64,000 nt of DNA from Octopus bimaculoides (lineage: Eukaryota). The position numbers and the translations under genes are program-made. The DNA lies in NCBI RefSeq assembly GCF_001194135.2, contig NC_068981.1, positions 51,388,535 through 51,452,534 on the forward strand. The letters run 5' to 3'. Below the pieces are notes generated by a model. That model was not told the DNA's origin. It made no database searches and saw nothing but the letters and a program-made list of their open reading frames with translations. Below, piece after piece: positions 23,728 through 35,905 of this stretch. Numbering within the stretch: the first letter of the stretch is position 1; each line of letters begins with the position of its first letter.

Positions 23728-26617
23728 NNNNNNNNNNNNNNNNNNNNNNNNNNNNNNNNNNNNNNNNNNNNNNNNNNNNNNNNNNNNNNNNNNNNNNNNN
23801 NNNNNNATATATATCATACATATACATATAGGGATATATACATATACATACATTAGAATTCCTACAATACTTTAGCAAGTATTGTGGAAATTTAATGATT
23901 TCTGCATTGTGCAAGATAAAATCAGAATATTGCCTGAATGGAATTTTCTTCAGTTTTCATATTCAACAAATATCTCATTTTTGTTTTCTTTTCTTAATTG
24001 ATGCGTGGTTCAGTTTGTGATATTGTATTGAGTTTACTGTTTCAAATCGTCTGCAAACTGATTTTGAGAAATATTATGCCCTTCTGATTAACTAACTGCC
24101 TAGTTTGATTGCTTCAGACAATTAATTTTAAGGATTTGCATCTTCGAATATTATAGAGCATATAGAATGTCACAGTGTTACTTTCATAATCTGTCGTCTT
24201 ATCAAAATTTTAGTTTAGTTAAAGGATGGCGATTAGACGGCTGATATTTTTAAGAAAGTTTACATATCTATTTCATGTAAAATGAAGTTTATTAGTGGCT
24301 TAACACATTTTGTTTAAATGGTATCGATAGTGTATCATCATATAAAAGATACTACTAGTATTGGCACTGCCATGATTTCTGCTATCATGACGGATACTAA
24401 TAACTGCTGGTACCTAAATTGCTTGTGATCTCCAGTGACATCTGATGAAGTGCCTTGCAGTACGACTCTAAGTACAATAATATACTAAACTTGTTAGTTT
24501 TTAAATAATTATTAGACGATAAAATTGTAAGCTACCAACAATGTAAAGATGTAGAAGGGAGGTGTAATTGGTCTAGACCGAAAAAATTAGCCCGATCTGT
24601 TGATAACTAATCATTTGAGGTTTGCTATCTAGTAAATTATCACACTAACTGCGATGAGAGAAACATAATCGAGAAACCTAAAATGTAAGTGTGAAATCCC
24701 AATTATTAGAATTGCATCTGAGAAAAAAATAGAGTATGATGTTAGGTTTTAATTAAACAGAAACATTACTGCCTTGTTAAATCAAGAAATTTAGAAAATG
24801 TTCGCATTATATTTTCAATATAAATTATTACATTTATTATTTTAGAAATACGTTATTGATGTTTACATGAAGTACATAAAAAGACAGTGATGTCAATCAG
24901 TCAAATATTAGAAAGAGTTAACTTTATATAGAAGTGAGATGTAATATCAATACACTATACACATTTTAAGAAACTTTATTATTAGTCACAAATTTTAAAT
25001 AGGTTCATTTTGGTAACACAACATGAGCCTTAAAAAAGCAACATAACATAAGCTTTGAAAATCTGTGATAATTCCTAAAATATGAAAATACAAAATTATT
25101 AGTTCATTGCTTGTACCTATTTAACTCAAGGTTAATCCACTTCTATGATAAGGCATTTTACACATGCAATTTTAGAAAAATTTTAAATCAGTACTTCAAT
25201 GCTATATAAATATGAAATTCAAAGATAAATTAATGGCTCTTCTGTTCCAATAACAAATTCTTGAATATGCACACTTGCAACCAAAGGTGTTCTAGACGTG
25301 TCCATACCGCATTCTATACTGAGTGAGGCATCCAGAACCACATTATTCAAACTGAACTTCTCGTTTTAAGACAGTAGAGTTGTATTTAAGAGAGATATAT
25401 TAACGAGTATTTCTCGCAGTTTGGATGGCTATATATATATATATATATAGCCCTATTCGGTTGTCATAAAAGTTGAATCAATTTTTCCTACCAACATTGA
25501 GACGTGACAATGGGAGACTCTTTTTATATATTTGGGGGTAGAATTATACTGACTGTGACAACATTATCAATATTGAGCTTAAACTTAAGATACATGCAAT
25601 ATGAAATTCCAGAAACGAACAGTAGTCAAGAAAACATGAGGATGATTCACCAAATATACGCTAAAGTAATATAAAAAGATTATTTTTAGATAACAAAATG
25701 TTTCCGGAGTATTTAATTCAATAAGCCAGTTCGTTCGAGATTACTTCCGTCTGTCGCTCATCAAATATAATACGAACGATGAAATGAGGTCATTTTAATG
25801 GATTATACCTCCTTTCATATAAAAGGTAGCATTATTCTTTTGGAAGAAATTCGTCTTTGTTAGCATTATTAAAGGAGTATAGACCATTTCCAACGTTCTT
25901 AATAACAGAAGCAAATATGTGAGCTAAGAATTCTTAGAATGTGTGAAAACAACAAATTAATCTAATTATACATTCAAGAGCATTATTAGATTTTAAGATA
26001 ACTTATAATTTGCATCGTCATACTGTCATTTACAAAGATAACATTATATCATTCTAATATCCGATCTTGCTAGAATAGCTGAAACAAAGATGTTAATGAG
26101 TTGTAGAAACAAATATTTTGATGCCGTAAAAAGTAAAGTATATTGTTGAATTTAAATTCAAGTAGAACATTTCTGCTGTTTCTTGACATATAAATTAATC
26201 ATATTATATAAACAGATATTTTCTGAAGTATATTCTTTTTTCTAGAGTATGTTATCAGCCATTTTTCTTACCTAAACTTTCCCCTAGATAGTTTTAAGAG
26301 ATTTTATATGAAATCCTACTTAGCCACTTAGAAAATTAAATCTTCTATTATGATCTATTTCGGAGTAAGTCTATACAAATATAAATATGTAAGAGTGACA
26401 TCCAGTTGTTAACGAGTTCCTTATTATTTTTATAGTGTAAAATATGAAAGAAGGCTATACTGACTAGTAACAAGGACCTTTTCGATCAAGTCATTGACAA
26501 CGTAGGAGATGGCTTCTAGAGAGTGCCAGAAGATATGCTATGCATTATAATCATTTGATGAATACTGTACATGGCATGCTGCATTTTGAAATTTTTGTGC
26601 TCTTCTACGTAAAATTT

Positions 26618-26985
26618 GCCGGTGTGGCTGCGTGGTAAGAAGCTTGCTTCCCAACGACATGGTTCTGGGTTCAGTCCCACTGCGTGGCACCATCAGTGAA
26701 TGTCATCTACTATAGCCTCGGGCTGACGGAAGCCTTGTGAGTGGATATGGTTGACGGAAATTGCGTCTGTGTCTATGTGTCAGAGTGTGTGTATGTCTTT
26801 GTGTTAATATATGTCCTTACCACCGCTTGACGACCGTTGTTAGTGAATTCAGGTCCCCATACCTTAGCATTTCGTCAAGGAGAGGCATAGAATAAGTACC
26901 CAAGCTTAAAAAAGAAGAAAAAAGTACTGGGGTCGATTCATTCGACAACAAATTCTTCATTGAGGTGTCCCCGCATCGCCACTTG
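26618..26985 (+). mobile_element. SINE family A copy
   Basis: ggtgtggctgcgtggtaagaagcttgcttcccaac..gggttcagtcccactgcgtggcacc head and tctactatagcc body. Confidence 0.88.
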
Positions 26986-27363
26986 TTATTCGACTGCTAA
27001 TTTCTAATTTTATATATTCATTCCGTAATAAACAAATTTGGGTTACCTAATGCGAATTCAAAACGATATGCTTCATTCAAAGTCCTCATTGATATTTGGA
27101 ATGAGTAGTTGTTTTCAAGTGAAATTAATTTCTAGATTTCGTGTTACGCCAACTCGAATTCCAAAGCATCATCGAGAGACACTGAAAATATCTAATTCAT
27201 TGTCACTCAATTTCTCCCTCTTTAATTCACTATTTCCATTACTATTTATGAAGGATAGTGACCTAGAGGTTTGGATGTCAGGTTGTGGGTGTCTCTCGGA
27301 CCAGACAGCCCGAATTATTTCCGAGAAATCGCTTCATCTCACGTTGTTACAGCGCAATCAGAT

Positions 27364-27461
27364 GCGAAAGAATCCTCGCGAAAGAGTACTAGTGAAAGAA
27401 TCCTAGCGAAAGAGTCCCAGCGAAAGAGTCACGGCGAAAGTGTCCTAGAGAAAGTGTCCTG
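27364..27461. repeat. Seven-unit 14-bp degenerate minisatellite (consensus GCGAAAGAGTCCTA)
   Basis: Units start at 27364, 27378, 27392, 27406, 27420, 27434 and 27448. Confidence 0.92.
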
Positions 27462-27524
27462 AGATTGACGAGTGTATCGTTCGAGGATGAGCTTTGTACT
27501 TTCAGTATCTTTAATGTTAGTGAA

Positions 27525-27835
27525 GGAGCGTGGCTTAATGGTTAGGGTATTCACCCACGATCGGAAGGTTGTGAGCTCGATTCGTGGCGGCGCGTTGCGT
27601 CCATGTGCAAGACATTTTATTTCACGTTGCTCCAGTCCACTCACCTGGCAAAAATGAATTGTATCTCTAACTCAAAGGCCAGATTTGTCACATTGTGTGT
27701 CACGCTGGTTCTCCTTGCGGACTGTGTTAAAGATACACGTGTCTGTAGAGTACTCAGCAACTTGCACGTTAATTTCACGTGGTTATCCGTTGATCGAATC
27801 AAATGGAACCCTCGTCATCGTAACCGACAGCGCCA
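27525..27835 (+). mobile_element. tRNA-derived SINE, family C
   Basis: Head ggagcgTGGCTTAATGGttagggtattc...gtGAGCTCGATTC with Pol III A/B-box spacing, then a SINE-like body (gcaagacattttatttcacgttgctccagtccactca); cannot fold as a complete tRNA. Confidence 0.78.
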
Positions 27836-28655
27836 GTCTTTACTGTTACAAAATACAAAATATTTGTGTGTATGTGTGTATGTATATATGTATGTGTATT
27901 TGTGTGTATATATATATATTTGTATATATATAATACACACACGCGCACACACAAACGCGCGCATACACCCACATACATACGCACACACACGCACTCGCAA
28001 TATGGGCTTCTACAAATCTTTAGCATTGGGATTATACTTTTGTTATTTTGAATTTTTAATTGAAATACGTATACAATGATATTCAGAAAGTTTCGAAGAT
28101 ACTATAAATATATATGCATGAATGTGAATATATATATGTGTATGTATTTATGCAATTAATTAGAAAGACGGGAGATGAAAGGCACGAGAATCTTTATTGA
28201 TCAGTAAAATCTTTAGACGCATCTATCCTAGATCCCACGCGGGTGGCAAACTGTCCAAATAGTTTAGTTGTGTCCCTAAGTGTAGATGTGTCTCCGCAGG
28301 TGATTAAAAAAAAAACTGTTTCGCACAACTTATATCTGGTTTATTTTCTTCCTGGGCTTGCCATTTCTCTCGTTCCAATGAACGGCACAATATAACGGTA
28401 ATACTGTAGAGGATAAAAAGATGCACCGGGTGGGATTGTGAGGGTGTCTGACAATATGAACATCAGTACTACAAAATGTCAGCCTGGGATCTCTGATCCA
28501 TGAGGAATGAGGTCATGCAGGGTGGATAAGGTAGTAGGAGGTAGAATGCAAAGACAGATATTGGAAGAGAATGAGGCAGAGAAAGAGAGAGACGAGGAGA
28601 GGAGACATGATGTACATTCAAAAACACAAATGACTACGATTGATAACTGCCACAT

Positions 28656-28657
28656 TG

Positions 28658-28745
<88 letters not shown>

Positions 28746-28780
28746 TACAGAGATAGGTAGGTAGCTAGGTTGGTAGGTAG
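28656..28780. repeat. (GATA)n-(GACA)n-(GGTA)n compound microsatellite
   Basis: Seen directly. Confidence 0.95.
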
Positions 28781-31540
28781 GTGCACGTGTCTGCATTTGT
28801 GTTTAAGTTTAATCCGAAGTTTAAGCGTGTATGCAATGCATTAAAATTGCATCAGCCAACAGAAACGTGCCTGTTAAATATTGCATGTAAGTTTCGCAAG
28901 CTTTGACATGTATTTGATAGTAGTGTTTAAATGCAGACGAATACGTGATCACTGCTGAAAGTGTCAAATAATTTGACTGATAAGATCTCTTCTTACAAAA
29001 ATATACATGATTAGTTGTATATAAATGAAATGAAATACTTAACAATAAAGTACGAAAGCATTAATAATATACAGAGATTAAATTTTGCTTCACATTATAG
29101 TTTCTTTAAATAAGCCACAAAAGATCATCTGTATTGATGAGCAAGAGTTGTTACTGATGATAAAATTTATTTCTAATTATAGCAAAAACTGTACAATTAT
29201 GATCTAAGTCCTGAGGTGTCTCTCGTAGAAATTGGAAAAACAAACAAGTCATAATAATCTTTTGAAACATGTGTTAGTCTACAACTGTATTTTAATTTCC
29301 TTTAATGTACACGTGTAGTTTTGATTAATTAAATTATCAAGTTCGCCCCATTAATTGCGTTAACGCTGACGTCACTGTAAAATGAATTAGTTATGGTAAA
29401 ATCACTATAACAAAAAAATTAGAATTAAGATAAAAATACTTCTACATAAAATGTTCTTTCATATAAATGAATGAGTGAATGAATGCAAATAATGCGAGAA
29501 GCAGCCCTAACAAAAAAGAAGCAGCATCGCTGTTGGCAAGTAGAAAGGTTAGAGTAAAGTATAAATGGCATAACACCTTCTCGTAACAAATGAAAACTCA
29601 GACTGAAGACACGGCACATTTGAGGTGGAGAGAGAAATATTATTAGTGAGGGAAGGGTTATATAGCTGGGAATATTGCGTGAATGATTTATATATTATAG
29701 TGTCTTGTATAATTTATGAGAATTACAACAGATTTAATCTACAGGGTCTGTTTAATTGTCTTGAATTTGCCATAAGGCATGTGATGGAATTAAAATTCAC
29801 ATTTCAAATGTGCAAAAGCTGTAGGGATTCGGCTACATTAAATGACGACTATGTAAAAGACGGGCATTGGAATTCAGAATCAGAACAATTAGTAAATAGG
29901 ATTATATTCTCACTCTAAAGAACGGAAAGGAAAATCTACGCGCGAAGTAAAATATCGAAATGTTATCTAATAAGCATGTAAAGTGAAATATTGTATTGTT
30001 GCCAAATTGGAATAATTCAGAGGAAAGATATTACATTAGTAGCATATTAATCAAAACATTAATAACACATTGGATTTGAAAATAAATTGTATTAAATTAT
30101 ATCTACACTTAATTTCTATATTTATTGCTTGCAATCTACTTTTAGCAATGAAATCATTATTATTAATTATTCGAATTACAAATGTTTAAGAAATCAATAT
30201 TTTTCCTTTAATTCTATGTTAGGCTTTTTATACTCTGTAAATTTATATTTTTTCCATTATTTCTTTCGCTTTATTTATTTTTTTTTTGTTATTGCTTTCT
30301 CAACATATATGAAAATATACGAATCAAGAAACATTATTAGTAAAAAAGTTAACTATAAATACATAATTGCATAAATAAATAAGTTCATAAAATTAGGAAA
30401 ATATCTCCGTTTACAAATTGAGAACAAATTTCAGAAATCCGTCGACGCAAATGTGTTTGCTAATATTTGCGTTTATTGAACGAGAGATTCGGTAAATTTC
30501 TGGAGAGAATTGAAAACATATGATTGTCAATCAAGCTTATATTTATTAAACTGATTTTTAAAAAAACTTTATTGCATTTTTATCATCGAGAAATTATGAA
30601 TTGATAAAGGAAATTCAACAGAACAGTTATAGAAATGTTTTAGATACGCACATTTTGAAGAGCAATAGAAAACGAAGTTTTTCTTTTGGACTGATTTCAT
30701 TAACGTTGTTAAATTACAATTTGAAATTCCGTAGGATGATTTCTGGGTAGTACGTATTAAAAAAGTGAATTTGGTAGGTGAAATAAAATACAAGTTGTTA
30801 GAAGGGGACAGATTGATTTATCAAGTAGAGTTTGTATGCGTGGGGCACAGCTCGATAAAGTAACAGACCATTTTATAATTAATAGAGACAAAAGATCTGA
30901 AACAGTATATCCATAATCTTTAGAGTCGTAGCATTTACTGTCAGCGAAAAGGCTTTTTTTAGAAGTGGTCCATATGTTTTCATCAATGATGATTACTATA
31001 AGTGAACCGTATTTAACCGAATATCCAATCAACAAAAACTGAACACAAGAAAAAATACCCTGTTAAGTTGCAGCTGTACATATTTGTGGACGAATTGAAC
31101 GATTAACTTGTGCAACGAAGCCATTTGCAAAGAACTTTTGGTGATTTGGTAATGTGCCGTTTATATGCAGCAGATCCTGCTCTGTTCACATAGCGCATCG
31201 TGTTCAAGTGGAAAGCACCCACAAACCAACTATTAAAATTGCGATTATCCTAGCAATGTGCGTAAATATTTATCAGGGAGAGCATAAGAATCTATGCATA
31301 ATATTTATTCCAGTGCTATGCACCAATCTTCTGCAGAAGAAGGCTACTTGTATTCCATTTGCAAGATTTATCACGCTTCCTCTTAATACTAGGCTTGAAT
31401 ATCATACTCATAATTCAGGTTTCTTTCTCTTAACATTTAAGTTATCATGGTAATATGTGTGTGTCTGTGCGCATGTGGGTGTGTATGTCTGCGCGCGCGT
31501 GGGTGTATGTATGTGTGTGTGCGTTTGTGTGTCTGAGTGA

Positions 31541-31575
<35 letters not shown>

Positions 31576-31849
31576 TCCGCGACGTGTGTATGTATGTGGG
31601 CGCGCTTGTGTGTATACATTGATATATATATATTTATATATATATATATATATATATACAGAGATACGGTATACCTACAATGAATGTAGTTGACTTCAAG
31701 CTTATGCCGTAAACATCTCCATCTGTCAATGACTCAACTACTTATAGCCTCCAAATAAAAGCAGGTAGCTTGTTTGCAAGAATCATGGACCTAGAAGCAT
31801 TACAATCGAGCGTTTCATATTTTATATATATATTCTTCTAATTTTTTAA

Positions 31850-32048
31850 TGTTTTAATTCATTTGATTGCATCCATGCTGGAGCATCGCTTTTCGTCAAG
31901 CAAATCGCCCGCAGGACTTATTCTTTGTTAGCCTGGTAGATATTCTATCGAGCGCTTTTGCCGAACCGCTATGTTACAGGGACGTAAACACACCAACATC
32001 GGTTGTCAAGTGATTGTGGCGGGACAAACACAGACACACACAAATACA

Positions 32049-32050
<2 letters not shown>
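31850..32050 (-). mobile_element. SINE family A, 3' half only
   Basis: Matches 32203-32400 (ttttgccgaaccgct..gttac..ggac.taaacacac..catcggttgtcaag); the 5' half is absent beyond the TA tract. Confidence 0.82.
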
Positions 32051-32086
<36 letters not shown>

Positions 32087-32202
32087 GAGAGACAGAGACA
32101 GAGACAGAGAGACAGGGAGAAAGACAGACAGACAGACAGGCAGACAGAGAAGAGAAAAGGGAGAAATTCTGACGAACAACAATTGACTTTCATGAATTGT
32201 TA

Positions 32203-32405
32203 TTCTCTTTTACTCTCTTTTACTTGTTTGAGTCATTTGACTGAGGTCATGCCTGAGCACCGCCTTTTGTCGAACTTATTCTTTGGAAGCCTAGTACTTA
32301 TTCTATCGGTCTCTTTTGCCGAACCGCTGAGTTACGGGGACCTAAACACACAAGCATCGGTTGTCAAGCAATGTTGGGGGGACAAACACAGACACACAAA
32401 CATAT

Positions 32406-32436
<31 letters not shown>

Positions 32437-32607
32437 CATATATACGACGGGCTTCTTTCAGTTTCCGTCTACCAAATCCACTCACAAGGCTGTAGTCGGC
32501 CCGAGGCTATAGTAGAAGACACTTGCCCAAGGTGCCACGCAGTGGGACTGAACCCGGAACCGTGTGGTTCGTAACAAGCTACTTACGACACAGCCACTCA
32601 TACGCCT
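32203..32607 (-). mobile_element. SINE family A, full-length copy
   Basis: Reverse complement carries the family head (ggctgtgtcgtaagtagcttg..ggttcagtcccactgcgtggcaccttgggcaagtgtcttctactatag) and tail (tgactcaaacaagtaaaagag). Confidence 0.9.
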
Positions 32608-32725
32608 ACGTTATCCTTATGTTTACTTTCTATTTACCTATAAAATTTACGAGCATAATATGCTTGCATATGTATGCACATGGCTAAACATAGCACAGTT
32701 ATTTTAACCTCTAACTCAACTAACC

Positions 32726-32763
<38 letters not shown>

Positions 32764-33195
32764 NNNNNNNNNNNNNNNNNNNNNNNNNNNNNNNNNNNNN
32801 NNNNNNNNNNNNNNNNNNNNNNNNNNNNNNNNNNNNNNNNNNNNNNNNNNNNNNNNNNNNNNNNNNNNNNNNNNNNNNNNNNNNNNNNNNNNNNNNNNNN
32901 NNNNNNNNNNNNNNNNNNNNNNNNNNNNNNNNNNNNNNNNNNNNNNNNNNNNNNNNNNNNNNNNNNNNNNNNNNNNNNNNNNNNNNNNNNNNNNNNNNNN
33001 NNNNNNNNNNNNNNNNNNNNNNNNNNNNNNNNNNNNNNNNNNNNNNNNNNNNNNNNNNNNNNNNNNNNNNNNNNNNNNNNNNNNNNNNNNNNNNNNNNNN
33101 NNNNNNNTCAATTAAATTCAGTTTATCAAAAATTAAAATTAAATTAAGTTTTACAGTATATAATATATAAATATATAATTTAGAGAAAAGAACCA

Positions 33196-33245
33196 ATGTT
33201 CATGAACTCATGTATATATGAGTTCATGAACATATATATGTTCAT
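33196..33245. repeat. Two overlapping near-perfect palindromes
   Basis: ATGTTCATGAACTCAT-gtatat-ATGAGTTCATGAACAT (33196-33233) and ATGAACATATATATGTTCAT (33226-33245). Confidence 0.92.
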
Positions 33246-33427
33246 AAATACATACATGCAGACATACATATATACATAGGTGCATACATACCTAGAAATA
33301 AAAATATCCTGTTGTTGATGTTGAAATTCCAATGAAGAAGCCTTGGATCTAGTTTAGAAACCGGTTCTTTCTCTATTGGCAAGAAATTTTTAATTAAACT
33401 GAATAATGACATACATACATACATACA

Positions 33428-33461
<34 letters not shown>

Positions 33462-35821
33462 GATCTTTAGCAACAATCACTCTTCAGAAATCAAAATGAT
33501 TTATAATCATATTAATTGTATGAGTAATTGATACGAAACTGATTCAAAGCATGGACCGATCGTGTGTAAAGCCTGTAGTGAGGACACATTTGATACTTGA
33601 GCTAATGAGTGGATATTTACATAAGGTCTCTCCCTGACAAAATATGGCAACCAAACATCCGTGAATTCACATCTTGATATTTGGAGAAAGAAAAGAATAC
33701 TTTGGATAATGGAGTTGTAGAATACTTTAAAAAAGTCAAGATCGCCGTAGTGAGAATGAAGTATATCTACTTGATTAGGACCGCTCTGGATTTAAACTGT
33801 AAAGATTACAACGACTACTACTACTGGTAGAAAGTATATTTCATAAAACTATTTCATTTTCATCACTGCTTCAGAATAGTTTTAAGTGAGGTTAACCAGC
33901 AGTTCTAAGAAAACAGCAAAATGTCAAAATCATAGGATTTGTTGGATTCATAGTGACATATAAAAACATCGAAATATATTAAAGGACGCATAGTAGCGTC
34001 ACATCCCATAATCATTTGTCCTCTGGAATCCTACAACTTCTCGCTCTTGTAAAAAAATATATATAAAACGGAGAATATATTCGCTAGCACGACAAAGCTA
34101 CATTTTGGACCGACTTGCGTGTTTTAGTATCGCAGAGATAATTTGTCTTACTGGTGAGTTTAAAATGGATTTCATACTCATTCCCCTTTCTCATAAATCT
34201 TTCGCGTGATAAAAACCATTTTACTCTCTAATGCCATCTTTCAACCAATGATGTTCCTCTGCAAGTAGTATACGGTCATTAAAAGTGAAAATGTTTTGTG
34301 ACCCCCGTGATCCGTTGAAATTACTATTTGCTTGAACTCTGCACTTAGAAATAAGTTATTAGACGCAACAACAAACTAAGTTCTTGAGCACAAATCTAAT
34401 CAAATATGATACACTACGTCCGTAATTATGCAAAGCCCAGGTAGGCAAGAAACTAACAAGAGCTCATAATACCTTAAAAGCAGCCTAAAAATGTTTATAT
34501 TTCATATAATCAATATCAGTTTTAATATTATGGTCAGTATTGCTATGAAAGACAGTAAGTGCGCGAATATTAATGTTGGGAGTCACGATATTTCTGTATT
34601 ATCTCCCAGTACTAAACATTTTCTCAAATTGCATTCTTTAAGCATTGCTGTTGCTATGGCAAACGATTTCTGTCACTTCTATATTGCACATATTTATTTA
34701 CGTGCACAGTTAAGTACACACGCGTATACACAAAAACAAATATGCGTGAACACGTATGAGTGTTTGCCAGTATGTATATGTATATACATAATGCTTTCTG
34801 GCATATGTGGGTGAGGTGCGTCTACATATGTTTATGTGTGTGCGCATGCATATGAATGTATATGTCCGTATATGTATAAGAGGCATTTAGAGAGATTTAT
34901 TGATGTATAAACCCCATATACGTACATAGGAAGATATCCCAGTAGATACAATATATTAGAAAAATCTTATGTTTTAGCCAACCAGAGACTCAGGAAACTT
35001 AGCAGAATTATTTTGCCTGTAATGTTTATCTTTCACACGAGGCCTTTATTAGCTACAGCCAGCTTTTCTTCAGCACGATGATGGGATAAAAATACTTTTC
35101 TCAAATCTCAATTCTCATTTCTCAATCATTTTTCATCTTCTGTCTCACTTTTTCACTCCCCAGGCTCCCACGTATACATATTATAAATTACATGCCAACA
35201 TACCTACACGAAAACTCACACACATATATATTCATGTGCGTTCGTGTACGTGTGTGCGTGTGTGCGTGCGGTATTCCAAGTGTGGAAAGCGTTTTTAATA
35301 AATTTCCATCACCATTTTTTCTACCTTGCGGATTTTTACCTCCATTAATATATTATTACTTCATGTATTATTTCACATATATTAACTATTATTTTATATG
35401 CAATGCATTATTGAACTATACAAATACCATCCAATAATATGGCAACGTTTTCTGTGTGAAGTATTTATTTTCAAGGTTTGGGTTTCGTAACTTCTACATC
35501 ACTAGTGTTTAATGAAGTGAATTCCTACCTCAGGTACTTGAATGTTTTGTATGGTATTTTTCTTTTCGTTTTAATACAATATGCCTCAATGAAGATCTAC
35601 TTTCTATACACGCACACACATGTACACACACACAATATAGACAAAATACAAACGCATACATATATGCATACACGTACACACACAGGCATATATTTTGAGA
35701 GCGCTACATATGACAAAGAGGCAATGTAGACAGAGAGAACAAGCACAGAAGCAATACAGAGTGCACAGAAACTGAAAAGATATAAAAGATAACAGAGTGG
35801 GAGAAAAGAGCATGGGTGGGA

Positions 35822-35849
35822 AGTGTAACAGGAGAGATAGAGATAGATA

Positions 35850-35891
<42 letters not shown>

Positions 35892-35905
35892 GAGAGAGAG
35901 AGAGA
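35822..35905. repeat. (GA)n polypurine microsatellite
   Basis: Seen directly. Confidence 0.95.

Noticed and set aside
24440-24470. Other CTGATGA occurrences (also near 5729, 29154, 37373)
   Set aside because: No stem II-GAAA-NUH architecture follows.
27364-27461. CRISPR-like periodicity
   Set aside because: Contiguous 14-bp units without unique spacers, eukaryotic context and no cas genes.
27525-27600. tRNA-like sequence
   Set aside because: A/B boxes are present but there is no acceptor stem; it continues into a SINE body.
10827-30821. TGATTTAT Pbx-Hox-type sites at 10827 and 30814
   Set aside because: An AT-rich 8-mer is expected several times by chance in this composition.
33320-33375. 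CCAATGA...GAAACCGGTTC resembling a variant hammerhead
   Set aside because: The core deviates at two essential positions and stem I is unconvincing.
35050-35070. ctacagccagctttt resembling miR-2
   Set aside because: Only a partial match and no precursor hairpin.
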